This document shows positions 30,650-41,163 of a stretch of 64,000 nt of DNA, piece by piece. Numbering within the stretch: the first letter of the stretch is position 1; the number at the start of each line of letters is the position of its first letter. The translations under genes and the position numbers were made by a program. Location of the stretch: positions 1-64,000 of IMG/VR virus record IMGVR_UViG_3300017742_000001; one strand, written 5' to 3'. The notes beneath the pieces were generated by a model. It ran no database searches. It was given only the letters and a program-made list of their open reading frames with translations, and was not told the origin of the DNA. This DNA comes from a virus.

Positions 30650-30991
30650 ATGGGAAGAGAAGTAAAAGCAAATCCAAGAGGAGTTGTGCCTCCCTCACTC
30701 TTCGCTCAGGAAGCGATTAATGCTAGTCGATCAATTGAATCAAACAAAATTTATTTTGTTGATACTTCAACAGGCGTAGCAACATTAGACTTACCAAATA
30801 ACCCTTTTGTAGGGGACATCATTAAGATTTTTGATGTAAATGGATCGTTTCAAACAAACAACTTAACAGTTGATCCTGGGTCACATAAGATTATGCGTAA
30901 TGCAGATACTATGACAGTGAGTACAGAGGGTGCAGCGTTTACATTAGTTTATTCAGGTTCGGCCAGTGGCTGGCTTGTAGAGGCGATTTAA
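30650..30991 (+). CDS. Tail-fibre-associated domain protein
   Basis: VDTSTGVATLDLP..P.VGD.I.IFD..G.F..NNLTV motif of T4-like fibre proteins. Confidence 0.65.
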   Translation: MGREVKANPRGVVPPSLFAQEAINASRSIESNKIYFVDTSTGVATLDLPNNPFVGDIIKIFDVNGSFQTNNLTVDPGSHKIMRNADTMTVSTEGAAFTLVYSGSASGWLVEAI

Positions 30992-31006
30992 TAGGAGAAT
31001 TTGTAA

Positions 31007-31918
31007 ATGCCATTTAATTATAACAGTGTTAAGAAGATAACAAATGACGGTATTGTTGATGCATCATTAACAGGTGATGACTTTGCAAGTGGTGCTGTTA
31101 ACGCAGCAGCAGTAGCAGCAGGTGACATCACAGGTGATAAAATCAATGCAGCAAACATTACTTCTGGTAAAATTAACGATGCAAGTATAACCGAAACTGC
31201 TATTGCAGACGGTGCAGTTAGTTTATCAGGAAGCATACCGACCGGTACACTACCTGTTGCCAACGGTGGTACAGCATTAACTTCTACTGCCGCTGATAGA
31301 ACTTTGATGGTAAACAATTCAGGTAATGCACTTGAATGGGGCTTTAGTGGTCTTATTCAATGTAATGTGTACACAGGAAACAGTACTTGGACAAAACCAG
31401 CAGGCTGTACTAGAGCTAGAGTACAAGTAGTTGGTGGCGGAGCAGGTGGGTCTGGACACGGAGAAGCAGGCGGAGCCGGCGGCTATTCAGAAGAAATAGT
31501 TGATGTAACTGGCGTAAGTACAGTGAGTATAACAATTGGCGGCAACGGCGGCGGTGTAAACTATCACAACCAAGCAGGTAATGGAGGAACATCAAGTTTT
31601 GGTCCTTATCTATCAGCAAGTGGCGGTGAAGGAGCAAGGCGTGTTGGCGGACACACAGGTGGACGACCAGGTATTGGATCAAGTGGTAATATTAATATGT
31701 ACGGAGGCGGTGGCGCAGGTCACACGCACCACGGCGGAGGCCACGGAGGTACAAGTTACTTCGGTGGAGGAAACATTGGGGTACACGACAGTAGCCCACA
31801 ACCATCACAGCGTGAAGGCCAAGCAGCACCCGGAAGTGGTGGTGTTGGTGCACCACAAGCACGTAGAAGAGGTGCAAGTGGTAAATCCGGTATGGTAGTT
31901 GTTTGGAGTTTAAGATAA
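31007..31918 (+). CDS. Fibre protein with Gly/His-rich tip domain (paralogue 1)
   Basis: 10-residue shaft repeats, LPVANGGT, WTKPAG...VVGGG, polyglycine tracts. Confidence 0.72.
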   Translation: MPFNYNSVKKITNDGIVDASLTGDDFASGAVNAAAVAAGDITGDKINAANITSGKINDASITETAIADGAVSLSGSIPTGTLPVANGGTALTSTAADRTLMVNNSGNALEWGFSGLIQCNVYTGNSTWTKPAGCTRARVQVVGGGAGGSGHGEAGGAGGYSEEIVDVTGVSTVSITIGGNGGGVNYHNQAGNGGTSSFGPYLSASGGEGARRVGGHTGGRPGIGSSGNINMYGGGGAGHTHHGGGHGGTSYFGGGNIGVHDSSPQPSQREGQAAPGSGGVGAPQARRRGASGKSGMVVVWSLR

Positions 31919-32832
31919 TGGCATTTAATTACGAAGGATTACAAAAAATTACAGGCGAAGGCCTAGTTGATACAACTATTGTTTTAAATGATATTGTAAA
32001 TACAACACTAGATACTCCAAAATTTGACACTGGAGCAATTACAAACGCTAAACTTGCTAATAGTAGTATTCCATCAGGCGATGTTGCAGATGGTGCAATT
32101 ACATCAAGTAAGTTAGGTAGTAACAGTATTGACTTAGCAGGTGCTAAAGTAGGCGGAGCCCTTTCAGGAAGTAAAGGTGGTACTGGATTAGCATATGCTG
32201 GCGGTGACGCTAGAAGAAATATTAGAACAGATGCTAGTGGTAACCCAACTACAGGTTTAACAGGATTAAATGCTTGTAGAGTTTATACAAGTAACACTAC
32301 TTGGACAAAACCAACGAACGTAACAAGAATTAGAGTACAAGTAATCGGCGGCGGAGGTGGCGGAACAGGCCACGGAGAAGCAGGCGGATCAGGTGGATAC
32401 TCAGAAGAATATTTAGATGTCACTGGTGTTAGTAGTGTAAGTATTTCCATTGGCGGTGGTGGAGGTGGTGTAAACTACCATAACAGTGCTGGTAATGGCG
32501 GAACAACATCATTTGGACCGTATTTAAGTGCGTCAGGCGGTGAAGGTGCTAGGCGAGTAGGTGGACACTCAGGTGGACGCCCAGGCATTGGTTCAGGCGG
32601 TAACTTAAACATTTACGGCGGAGGTGGCGCAGGCCATACACACCACGGTGGTGGTGGTGGAGGCAACGGCTATTTTGGTGGCGGAAATATTGGTGTTCAC
32701 GATAGTGGCCCACAACCATCACAACGTGAAGGACAAGCAGCAAATGGATCAGGCGGCACAGGCGCTCCTAGAGGTAGAAGACGAGGCGGCTCAGGACGTA
32801 CTGGAATGGTAGTGGTTTGGGAGTACAAATAA
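31918..32832 (+). CDS. Fibre protein with Gly/His-rich tip domain (paralogue 2)
   Basis: Start moved to the ATG in the TAATG overlap (MAFNYEGL); tip domain nearly identical to neighbours. Confidence 0.72.
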   Translation: MAFNYEGLQKITGEGLVDTTIVLNDIVNTTLDTPKFDTGAITNAKLANSSIPSGDVADGAITSSKLGSNSIDLAGAKVGGALSGSKGGTGLAYAGGDARRNIRTDASGNPTTGLTGLNACRVYTSNTTWTKPTNVTRIRVQVIGGGGGGTGHGEAGGSGGYSEEYLDVTGVSSVSISIGGGGGGVNYHNSAGNGGTTSFGPYLSASGGEGARRVGGHSGGRPGIGSGGNLNIYGGGGAGHTHHGGGGGGNGYFGGGNIGVHDSGPQPSQREGQAANGSGGTGAPRGRRRGGSGRTGMVVVWEYK

Positions 32833-32833
32833 T

Positions 32834-33751
32834 ATGGCAATAAGTTACGAAGGATTAAAGAAATTAACAGGTGCTGGTATTGTTGACGGTACTATCGGTT
32901 CCGCTGACATTGGTTCAGGACAAGTTAACAGAGATAAAATTATTGATGGTTCAATTGATACAGATCAAATTGCAGACGGTGCAGTAACAGGTGGTAAAAT
33001 TGATCCAACAGCAGGATTAGTAGCAGCAAAATTTGCAGCAGGAGCAGTAGATTTAACAGGTGCAGCAGTAACAGGCTCACTAGCACCATCAAAAGGTGGT
33101 ACAGGTAAATCTAGTTTAGGTGCTGCAAACCAAGTTTTAAAAATTAATGATGCAGGTGATGGGTTTGATTACACTTATGGAGACTTAGTAAGTGTAAACT
33201 ATTATACAAGTAACACTACTTGGAACAGACCAGCAGGCGTTCAAAAAATTAGAGTACAGATCTGCGGAGCAGGCGGTGGCGGAACAGGTCACGGCGAATC
33301 CGGAGGCGCTGGCGGTTATGCAGAAGAAGTTATTGATGTAACAGGCATTTCATCAGTTTCCGTTACACTTAACGGTGGAGGTGGTGGTGTAAACTATCAC
33401 AACTCAGCGGGAAATGGAGGTTCAAGCAGTTTTGGTCCTTATCTATCAGCAAGTGGTGGAGAAGGTGCAAGACGTGTTGGTGGTCACTCAGGTGGACGAC
33501 CAGGCGTTGGATCAGGCGGAAATCTAAACCAGTATGGAGGCGGAGGACGCGGACATACACACCACGGTGGTGGTTTAGGAGGAAGTTCATATTTTGGTGG
33601 TTCTAGTATTGGTGTTCACGATAGTGGACCGCAACCATCACAACGTGAAGGACAAGCATCACCAGGTAGTGGTGGTGTTGGTGCACCTCGTGGTAGAAGA
33701 CGAGGCGGAACGGGCCGAACAGGCATCTGTATAGTATGGAACTACAAATAG
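32834..33751 (+). CDS. Fibre protein with Gly/His-rich tip domain (paralogue 3)
   Basis: Same architecture; SFGPYLSASGGEGARRVGGH identical in all three. Confidence 0.72.
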   Translation: MAISYEGLKKLTGAGIVDGTIGSADIGSGQVNRDKIIDGSIDTDQIADGAVTGGKIDPTAGLVAAKFAAGAVDLTGAAVTGSLAPSKGGTGKSSLGAANQVLKINDAGDGFDYTYGDLVSVNYYTSNTTWNRPAGVQKIRVQICGAGGGGTGHGESGGAGGYAEEVIDVTGISSVSVTLNGGGGGVNYHNSAGNGGSSSFGPYLSASGGEGARRVGGHSGGRPGVGSGGNLNQYGGGGRGHTHHGGGLGGSSYFGGSSIGVHDSGPQPSQREGQASPGSGGVGAPRGRRRGGTGRTGICIVWNYK

Positions 33752-33763
33752 GAGTAATAAATT

Positions 33764-34225
33764 ATGGCTAAAAGTGTATTAGTAGATTTCCAAGGTGGTA
33801 TTCAACATATCTGCGAGCCGGGCGACGAATTCGAAGTTTTCGAGGGCCCAGACGCAAAAGTTAGATGGACAACTTGTGCATCCGATGATGTTAATGATTC
33901 TTGGGTTTTACATAACGGTGTATGGGAACAAAATGTCCAAGCACCACCATCGTATACTGTTTTAAGAAGAAACGCATACGGTGAAATCGGTGAACAACTA
34001 GATATGTTGTTTAAAGATATGCAAAATGGAACAACAAATTGGCAAGATCATATTGCAGCAGTGAAAAACACTGTACCAGGACCAAGCAGTGACGAAGCAA
34101 GAGAAATGAGAGCTTCTCGTGTTGTTATTAATTGGGGTACAGAAGATTCACCTGCGTGGACAGATAATGTTAATAGAGAAGTACCAAATTTAGTTAAAAA
34201 CGTAGGAAAACTTACGTCAGACTAA
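33764..34225 (+). CDS. Putative tail fibre assembly/chaperone protein
   Basis: RRNAYGEIGEQLDML...WQDHIAAVK motif typical of genes following fibre genes. Confidence 0.55.
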   Translation: MAKSVLVDFQGGIQHICEPGDEFEVFEGPDAKVRWTTCASDDVNDSWVLHNGVWEQNVQAPPSYTVLRRNAYGEIGEQLDMLFKDMQNGTTNWQDHIAAVKNTVPGPSSDEAREMRASRVVINWGTEDSPAWTDNVNREVPNLVKNVGKLTSD

Positions 34226-34269
34226 ATCACTAATAAAGTACAGGGAACTGTATCTAAATAAGTAATAAT

Positions 34270-34869
34270 ATGCTATTAGATATGTTCCCTGTTCGTACCT
34301 ATACAACAGAAATAAAATTAGAAGAAAGTGATAAGTCTAAAATTAATGACTTTTTGCTTACTTTATTTGATTCTGTAAATGATTCTAATCACGCATTAGA
34401 AGCCGGCGGCAAAAGTACACATAGTGTAAACAAAGAATTACACAATGAAGAATTATTTTTACCTCTAGTAACAAAAATATACCAGAACCTTTTACATTAC
34501 TGGAATGAAGCAGGGTTTAGTCCTGGATGCCGTCCTAAGATAGTATCTATGTGGGCAAACATACATAACAAAGATGATTATACAGTAGAACATTCTCATA
34601 CCACACACGTACTAGCAGGATGTTACTATTTAAAATTTAATAGCGATGCAGGTAGTATTGTATTTGTTAATCCTAACGAATATGCTCAACATTATTATCC
34701 ATACTCAGAAGCAGGAAAAGTTAACGATATGCATTACACAGTACACGGTGCTGAAGATAAATTAATACTCTTTCCTGCACACGTTAAACACTACACAGAA
34801 GTAAATAACTCAAATGATGTTAGAATTAGCATTAACTTTAATGTAGATCAAGAGGCAATTGATGATTAA
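34270..34869 (+). CDS. 2OG-Fe(II) oxygenase-like protein (HxH type, TIGR02466-like)
   Basis: MWAN, EHSH, GCYY, LFPAHVKHY, RISINFN. Confidence 0.85.
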   Translation: MLLDMFPVRTYTTEIKLEESDKSKINDFLLTLFDSVNDSNHALEAGGKSTHSVNKELHNEELFLPLVTKIYQNLLHYWNEAGFSPGCRPKIVSMWANIHNKDDYTVEHSHTTHVLAGCYYLKFNSDAGSIVFVNPNEYAQHYYPYSEAGKVNDMHYTVHGAEDKLILFPAHVKHYTEVNNSNDVRISINFNVDQEAIDD

Positions 34870-36319
34870 TAATGTAACAATAGTAGGCGGCGGCACAGCA
34901 GGTTTAACTACTGCACTTATTCTACGTGCTGCATATCCTGATATGCAAATACAACTAATACGTTCCGATACTATCGATATTGTTGGAGTAGGAGAAGGCA
35001 CTACTGAGCATTGGAGAGATTTTTTAGAATTTGTAAAAATTAATCCTGCAGATTTTTTTATACACTGCGGCAGTACATTCAAACACGGAATTTATTTTAA
35101 GAATTGGAATGGTGACGGCAAAGATTATTTGCATAATGTTCCTTCATATCTTATTGAAGAAAGCAGAATAGGTCATCCTAATGTACTACACAAACTGATT
35201 GTAGAAAACGAAAAACAAATAGATATGTTTGATGAATTTATTGTTAATTCGCAACACTATCAACCTGTATTAGAGAGTACAAATCAATATCACTTTGACA
35301 CATTTAAATTAAATGAATTTTTAAATGACTTGTGTAGCAAACGTAGAATCAACATTATTGTTGATACAATTAAATCTGTTGAAGCACTTGGCACTATACA
35401 AAAACTACACGGCGAAAAAAACATTTACGAAAGTGACTTTTATATTGATGCAACAGGATTTGCTAAAGTAGTACACAGTAAAGTAGGTAGTGATTGGAAA
35501 GATTGTACAGAGTATTTGCCAATGAATAGTGCAATTACATTTCCTACTAAACTAGATGATAAGTTTCCTGCTTATACTGCTGCTACAGCATTAAGTTCTG
35601 GGTGGGTGTGGCAAATACCTACACAAGAAAGATACGGCAACGGTTATGTATATTGCGATGATTTTATTACTGAAGATCAAGCAATAGAAGAAGTAACAAA
35701 ATACTACGGACACGATCTAGATATACGTAAAAAGTTTAAATTTGGTGCAGGATATTTACGTAATGTGTGGAACAAAAACTGTCTAGCAGTTGGGCTTAGT
35801 GCAAGTTTTATTGAGCCTTTAGAAGCCACTAACATTGGAACAGCCATACAACAAGCATTAGCCTTTGTTAATCATCTAGGGCTTTACGACCCAAATAGAG
35901 ATGTTGTACAAGATAGTTATAACAAAAAATTTGAAAAAGTTTTTCAGAATACTGTAGACTTTGTACAGTTGCACTACTTTACTAAAAGAAAAGATTCTGA
36001 GTTTTGGAAAAACAGCCACAACATTAAGAAGACAGATTTTAATGAAGCAACATTAGAACTGTACAAAAAGCAAATACCGTTATGGACTGACTTTGCACAC
36101 CCATATGTATTGTTTAATAACTTTAATTGGATAATGGTATTAACAGGATTGGGTATAATTGATAGACAATCATATTTAGATCAATGGGAACAACTGCCAT
36201 ATGAAACAAAGACAGAAGCAGATATTAAACTAGATGTATATTATAGTAGAGAGGCTGCTGTATTAGGACATTGGGAAGCAATTAACTACATTAAGGAGAT
36301 ACATAATGGCGCAAATTAA
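34862..36319 (+). CDS. Flavin-dependent (tryptophan halogenase family) halogenase 1
   Basis: GGGTAG, VGEGT, TFKHGI (catalytic Lys position), YHFD, GWVWQIP, FIEPLEAT. Confidence 0.92.
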   Translation: MINNVTIVGGGTAGLTTALILRAAYPDMQIQLIRSDTIDIVGVGEGTTEHWRDFLEFVKINPADFFIHCGSTFKHGIYFKNWNGDGKDYLHNVPSYLIEESRIGHPNVLHKLIVENEKQIDMFDEFIVNSQHYQPVLESTNQYHFDTFKLNEFLNDLCSKRRINIIVDTIKSVEALGTIQKLHGEKNIYESDFYIDATGFAKVVHSKVGSDWKDCTEYLPMNSAITFPTKLDDKFPAYTAATALSSGWVWQIPTQERYGNGYVYCDDFITEDQAIEEVTKYYGHDLDIRKKFKFGAGYLRNVWNKNCLAVGLSASFIEPLEATNIGTAIQQALAFVNHLGLYDPNRDVVQDSYNKKFEKVFQNTVDFVQLHYFTKRKDSEFWKNSHNIKKTDFNEATLELYKKQIPLWTDFAHPYVLFNNFNWIMVLTGLGIIDRQSYLDQWEQLPYETKTEADIKLDVYYSREAAVLGHWEAINYIKEIHNGAN

Positions 36320-37895
36320 AAAGATTTGTATCGTTGGCGGAGGTAGTGCAGGCTGGATGACAGCAGCAATGCTTTCAAAAAAATTAAAAAATATAGAACT
36401 TAGTCTAGTTGAATCACCTAAAGTCTCAACTGTAGGTGTAGGAGAATCTACACTAGGGCATATTAATAGATATTTGGATATGCTTGAATTGAAAGATAGT
36501 GACTGGATGGCAGAGTGTAATGCAACTTACAAGACTAGTATTAGATTCACAGACTTTAAAGAAAAAGACGGAACTAGTTTTCAATATCCTTTTGGAACAA
36601 TGCCTTTTGATCACACATCAAACGGAATAATGGATTACTTTTGGCATCAAGCATATACTGAAAATGAATATGATCATAGTGAGTTTGCAAGTTGGGCGTT
36701 GAATCAAACTATTATGACTGATCAAAATAAGTTGTATGACAACGCAGATGAAAGACAACAAATTAGAGGATTTGATTTCCACCTTAATACAGCATACCAT
36801 ATGGATGCAGAAAAATTTGGTCAATATTTAAAAAATAATATTGCTCTTCCTAATGGTACAAAACATTTCTGGGATACTGTTAAAGATGTAAAACAAGATG
36901 AAAATGGAAATATTATTGAACTAATAGGAGAAGAACAATCTCACTTTGCAGATTTATATATTGACTGTACTGGATTTACAAAATTATTAATTGAAAAAAT
37001 AATGAAAACTAAATTTGTAAGTTTCGGTGATGTATTAATGAATGATCGTGCAATGGCAACTCGTATTCCTTACAACGATAAAGAAAATGAAATGCACAGT
37101 TTTACAGATTGTACTGCTATTGAAAACGGTTGGGTATGGGATATTCCTTTATATCATAGACGTGGTACAGGATATGTACACAGTAGCAAATTTGTTGATT
37201 GGGATCAAGCAGAAGTAGAATTTAAAAACTATCTAAGCAAAAGATTAAAACCAGAACAAATAGAAAAATTAGAATTTAACAGAATTAATATCAGACACGG
37301 TGTACAAGACACTCCTTGGAAAGGAAACGTATGTGCTATAGGATTAGCATTAGGGTTTGTTGAGCCTTTAGAAAGCACAGGACTGCTTACAACGCACGAA
37401 AACATTATACGCTTAGTAGGAACACTCACACGTAGAAACGGACTTGTAAATAATATGGATGTTGAAGGATGGAATTCAGCAGCAAGGTTTGAACTTGATA
37501 ACTTCAAACAATTTGTAAGTATGCACTATGGTTTAAGTGGCCGTAGAGATACTCCTTATTGGAAGCACGTAACTGATACTGTAAATTACATTCCTAATCC
37601 TGACGAAGCGTGGGATAATTGTGTACAAGATTACAACTATAGAATGAACACACGTCTACATCTAGACGGAGATACTAATGACGGAAAATATTTTATCCTA
37701 GCAGGTATGGGATACAATCCTATTAGTAAAGCACACGCAGATATGGAAGCATTTAGATATCCAGGCTTGCCAAGTATTTGGAAAGCAGCAATGAATAAAC
37801 ACGAAAAACATAAACAAGACGTTTTAGAATTATGTAAAACATTACCAACGCATTATCAATATTTGAAAGGTAAGTTCTATGACGGAAAAGAATAG
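36306..37895 (+). CDS. Flavin-dependent halogenase 2
   Basis: GGGSAGW, VGEST, ATYKTSI, AYHMDA, DCTGF, GWVWDIP, FVEPLESTG. Confidence 0.93.
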   Translation: MAQIKKICIVGGGSAGWMTAAMLSKKLKNIELSLVESPKVSTVGVGESTLGHINRYLDMLELKDSDWMAECNATYKTSIRFTDFKEKDGTSFQYPFGTMPFDHTSNGIMDYFWHQAYTENEYDHSEFASWALNQTIMTDQNKLYDNADERQQIRGFDFHLNTAYHMDAEKFGQYLKNNIALPNGTKHFWDTVKDVKQDENGNIIELIGEEQSHFADLYIDCTGFTKLLIEKIMKTKFVSFGDVLMNDRAMATRIPYNDKENEMHSFTDCTAIENGWVWDIPLYHRRGTGYVHSSKFVDWDQAEVEFKNYLSKRLKPEQIEKLEFNRINIRHGVQDTPWKGNVCAIGLALGFVEPLESTGLLTTHENIIRLVGTLTRRNGLVNNMDVEGWNSAARFELDNFKQFVSMHYGLSGRRDTPYWKHVTDTVNYIPNPDEAWDNCVQDYNYRMNTRLHLDGDTNDGKYFILAGMGYNPISKAHADMEAFRYPGLPSIWKAAMNKHEKHKQDVLELCKTLPTHYQYLKGKFYDGKE

Positions 37896-39381
37896 TGTTA
37901 GTGCAGTAATACTAGGCGGCGGCACAGCAGGCTGGCTAGCAGCACTATTTGTAAAACACTATTGGCCTAGTATTGATTTGACTGTTGTTGAAGATCCAAC
38001 TAAGCCACCTATCATTGCAGGAGAGTCAGGAGGATTTGCACTTTCTCAAATGTATGATACAATAGGTATTCCGTTTAATGATTGGGCAAAAGCAGTAGGT
38101 GCAACTCCGAAACTAGGCGGCAAGTTTGTTGGCTGGAATGGAAAAGACTCTGTATTTTGGCACAGTCTTATTACACATCATTACTATGATGCGTGGGGCA
38201 AACGTTTTCCTAGTTTAGAAGAACGTTATTACTTTTTACGTATGCTTGTAGGTATGGATGTAGAAATTGCTGACGTTGTTCCTACAGGACATTTATTAAA
38301 AAATAATAAAGTACCATTCGATGACTACGGATCAATTGTAGAAAAAATATTTCCTATGTGGCACTTTGATAGTCGTGCTAATGCTGCATATCTAAAAGAG
38401 AAAGGATTGCAACGTGGTATAACTCTTGTTGAAGGAACTTACATTGCAAGTGAAAAAGATAATCTAGGTAAAATTAAAAGTATTAAATTATCAAATGATA
38501 TTACATTACCTGCAACTTGGTTTTTTGATTGCAGTGGATTTGCTAGATTACTTCTTGAAAAAGAAATGAACGCTACGTCAGTAGATCAGTCTGCATATTT
38601 TCCTGCTTGTGCAGTATTGCCTTGGTGGGACAAACCTTGCTATAATACAGCAACACTTGCAACTACAATGGATGCAGGTTGGACTTGGAAAATAGGATTA
38701 AAAGAAAGAACTGGACAGGGTTATTTGTATGATCCTAATCATCTTACAAAAGATCAAGCACTAGACGAAATTAGAAACAAGTTTGGTAAGCATATAGAAC
38801 CAGTAGCAAATTTACAGTTTACGCCAAGCATAATGAAACAGAGCCAATTAAAAAATGTAATTGGAGTAGGTTTAAGTACAGGTTTTATGGAACCGCTTGA
38901 AGCAAACGGAACAGGAATTATTGTTGATCAATTATTAACTTTATTACAAACTTGGAATCCAACGCAGTATAACAAGTTAAATGAAGATCAATTTAACAGT
39001 AGTGTATACCATCAATATTTAGGAATACGTGACTTTTTATCCTTACATTACAGAGGTAAAGGTAACGGTTCTCAATTTTGGAAAGAACAATCTAATCCAA
39101 ATAATGTACCAGATACACTACAAGAGAGACTTTTAGAATTTGAAAGGTTTTTTGCAACAGGACATATGGACTATACAAAATATCTTAATGGATTTAGTTT
39201 TGAAAGTTGGATAACAGTGATACAGGGAATGAGTCTTTGTAATAGTAAAGCCATATCTGTTGGTGATAAGCACCAACTGATCGATAATTACTATAAAGAG
39301 ACGGTAGAGCCCTTTGATCACATTTATAGAAGGTGTATAAAAATAGAAAAATGGATAGAAAAAACTTCGAATATAAAGTAA
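37879..39381 (+). CDS. Flavin-dependent halogenase 3
   Basis: GGGTAGW, ATPKLG, WHFD, DCSGF, GWTWKIG, FMEPLEANG. Confidence 0.9.
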   Translation: MTEKNSVSAVILGGGTAGWLAALFVKHYWPSIDLTVVEDPTKPPIIAGESGGFALSQMYDTIGIPFNDWAKAVGATPKLGGKFVGWNGKDSVFWHSLITHHYYDAWGKRFPSLEERYYFLRMLVGMDVEIADVVPTGHLLKNNKVPFDDYGSIVEKIFPMWHFDSRANAAYLKEKGLQRGITLVEGTYIASEKDNLGKIKSIKLSNDITLPATWFFDCSGFARLLLEKEMNATSVDQSAYFPACAVLPWWDKPCYNTATLATTMDAGWTWKIGLKERTGQGYLYDPNHLTKDQALDEIRNKFGKHIEPVANLQFTPSIMKQSQLKNVIGVGLSTGFMEPLEANGTGIIVDQLLTLLQTWNPTQYNKLNEDQFNSSVYHQYLGIRDFLSLHYRGKGNGSQFWKEQSNPNNVPDTLQERLLEFERFFATGHMDYTKYLNGFSFESWITVIQGMSLCNSKAISVGDKHQLIDNYYKETVEPFDHIYRRCIKIEKWIEKTSNIK

Positions 39382-40004
39382 AAGAATATTCTATGTCTAA
39401 TTTTCCTGATAGGAAAATTTTTGTTTACGATGACGTTTTGCCGTATTCAGTAAGGACAGGTATTTACGAAATGTGCAGCAAGTCGTTGTACAAATTAAAT
39501 GGTACAGATAACGGTGTTTTAGAAAACTCACAACATATTTCAGTTGTATCGACCTGGCAAGTAGATGATTTCAAGGCTACTCAGTTGCTAGAAAATTTAC
39601 CCCAAGAAGTTATAGAACGACATAATATGTATTACAAGTTTCATCATAACACTATGATTAACTTATGTACTCCACACGATAGATTTCATACGCATATTGA
39701 CAACGACTCCAATGGATGGACAATGGTTTATTATGCAAACTTGCAATGGAACATTGAATGGGGCGGAGATACTTGCTTCTTAAACGAAGAAGGTACTGAA
39801 TTTGAACACGTATGTTCATATAGACCCGGTCGTTTAGTTCTATTCCATCCGCAGATTCCGCATATGATTCGACCTCCAACACAACTTGCTTCTGAACACG
39901 GCCAATTCTTTAGATTTTCATTAGCAACAAAATTTGTTCCTGCGTTAGGTGAAGCAAGAGTGTTAGCAGATGGAATGAAGGACGCTAGTCTAGGCGGAGG
40001 ATAA
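39333..40004 (+). CDS. 2OG-Fe(II) oxygenase (prolyl-hydroxylase-like, HxD)
   Basis: HTHID, YYANLQWNIEWGGDT, PGRLVLF, IPH, RFSLA; true start may be 39351 or 39393. Confidence 0.85.
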   Translation: MYKNRKMDRKNFEYKVKEYSMSNFPDRKIFVYDDVLPYSVRTGIYEMCSKSLYKLNGTDNGVLENSQHISVVSTWQVDDFKATQLLENLPQEVIERHNMYYKFHHNTMINLCTPHDRFHTHIDNDSNGWTMVYYANLQWNIEWGGDTCFLNEEGTEFEHVCSYRPGRLVLFHPQIPHMIRPPTQLASEHGQFFRFSLATKFVPALGEARVLADGMKDASLGGG

Positions 40005-40005
40005 T

Positions 40006-41163
40006 ATGAAAGTTGCAGTTATAGGTATCGGCACTGCCGGACTTCAAACACTAGCATACTTTATGAACACACTAGATGATGACATTGAAGTATACAGCAT
40101 ACACGATCCTGAACAAAAAATTCTAGGTATTGGAGAAAGTACAACAACATTTCTACCTCACATATTAGCACAGGCTTGTGATTTTAGAATGTTAGATGAC
40201 GGTCCTGCCTTAGACGCTACAACTAAACACGGTGTAAAATATAAAAACTGGAGAGACAACGATTTCCACAATCAGTTTATACCTCCTTATCACGCTATAC
40301 ACTTTAACAACTTTAAATTAAGCGAACTAGTATTAGGACGATTGAGAAACAAAAAAGGTTTCTTTGAAATACACGGTGCAATTGAATCTATTAAACAAAC
40401 AGATACACACGTAAATTTACTTATTGATGGTACTGAACATAAGTTTGATTATATTATTGACTGTATGGGATATCCAGATGATTATTCTGATTATGAATTA
40501 AAAGATGATCTTCCTGTTAACCACGCTATAGTAAATGCTATAGACAAACCAGGTGATTGGAATTATACATATCATCAGGCAACTAGAAACGGTTGGATGT
40601 TTGGTATACCTTTAGCAACAAGACAAGGTTGGGGATATCTATTTAATGATAAAATTACCAGCGTCGAAGAAGCAAAAGAAGATATGCAAACACTGTTTGA
40701 TGATCCTATCCAAGTAAGAGATTTTAGTTGGAAAAACTACTATAAGAAAAATACTATAGATGGCAGAATTATTAGCAATGGTAATAGAGCATTATTTTTT
40801 GAACCATTAGAAGCATTAAGTGGTTCGTATTATGAAGCAGTAGCAATTGAGGCTGCAAATGTAATTATGGGCGATAGTACAGCAGACGTAGCAAATGCTT
40901 CGTTGCGTCATACTGCTGAAGTATATTGTGCATTTATTTACTTTGTATATCACGGCGGAAGTACATTTGATAGCGAGTTCTGGAAAATAACAGTTGACAA
41001 AACAACAAAAGCATTGCATAATAGTGATGTGTTTCAGAATGTAAAAAGTATGATGCAAGTATTAAAAACAAACGGTGTTGATGACCCAAGAATTATTTTT
41101 AAACCATTAAGTATAGAACTTTGGTCATTAGTTGATAAAAAGATGGGATATAATTACTTCTAA
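40006..41163 (+). CDS. Short flavin-dependent halogenase-like protein 4
   Basis: GIGTAG, IGEST, ATTKHG, HFNN, GWMFGIP, FFEPLEA; only 385 aa. Confidence 0.85.
   Translation: MKVAVIGIGTAGLQTLAYFMNTLDDDIEVYSIHDPEQKILGIGESTTTFLPHILAQACDFRMLDDGPALDATTKHGVKYKNWRDNDFHNQFIPPYHAIHFNNFKLSELVLGRLRNKKGFFEIHGAIESIKQTDTHVNLLIDGTEHKFDYIIDCMGYPDDYSDYELKDDLPVNHAIVNAIDKPGDWNYTYHQATRNGWMFGIPLATRQGWGYLFNDKITSVEEAKEDMQTLFDDPIQVRDFSWKNYYKKNTIDGRIISNGNRALFFEPLEALSGSYYEAVAIEAANVIMGDSTADVANASLRHTAEVYCAFIYFVYHGGSTFDSEFWKITVDKTTKALHNSDVFQNVKSMMQVLKTNGVDDPRIIFKPLSIELWSLVDKKMGYNYF

Noticed and set aside
31007-33751. Diversity-generating retroelement template/variable repeat pair among the similar fibre genes
   Set aside because: No reverse transcriptase in the window; differences look mainly synonymous rather than adenine-specific, and all copies are coding
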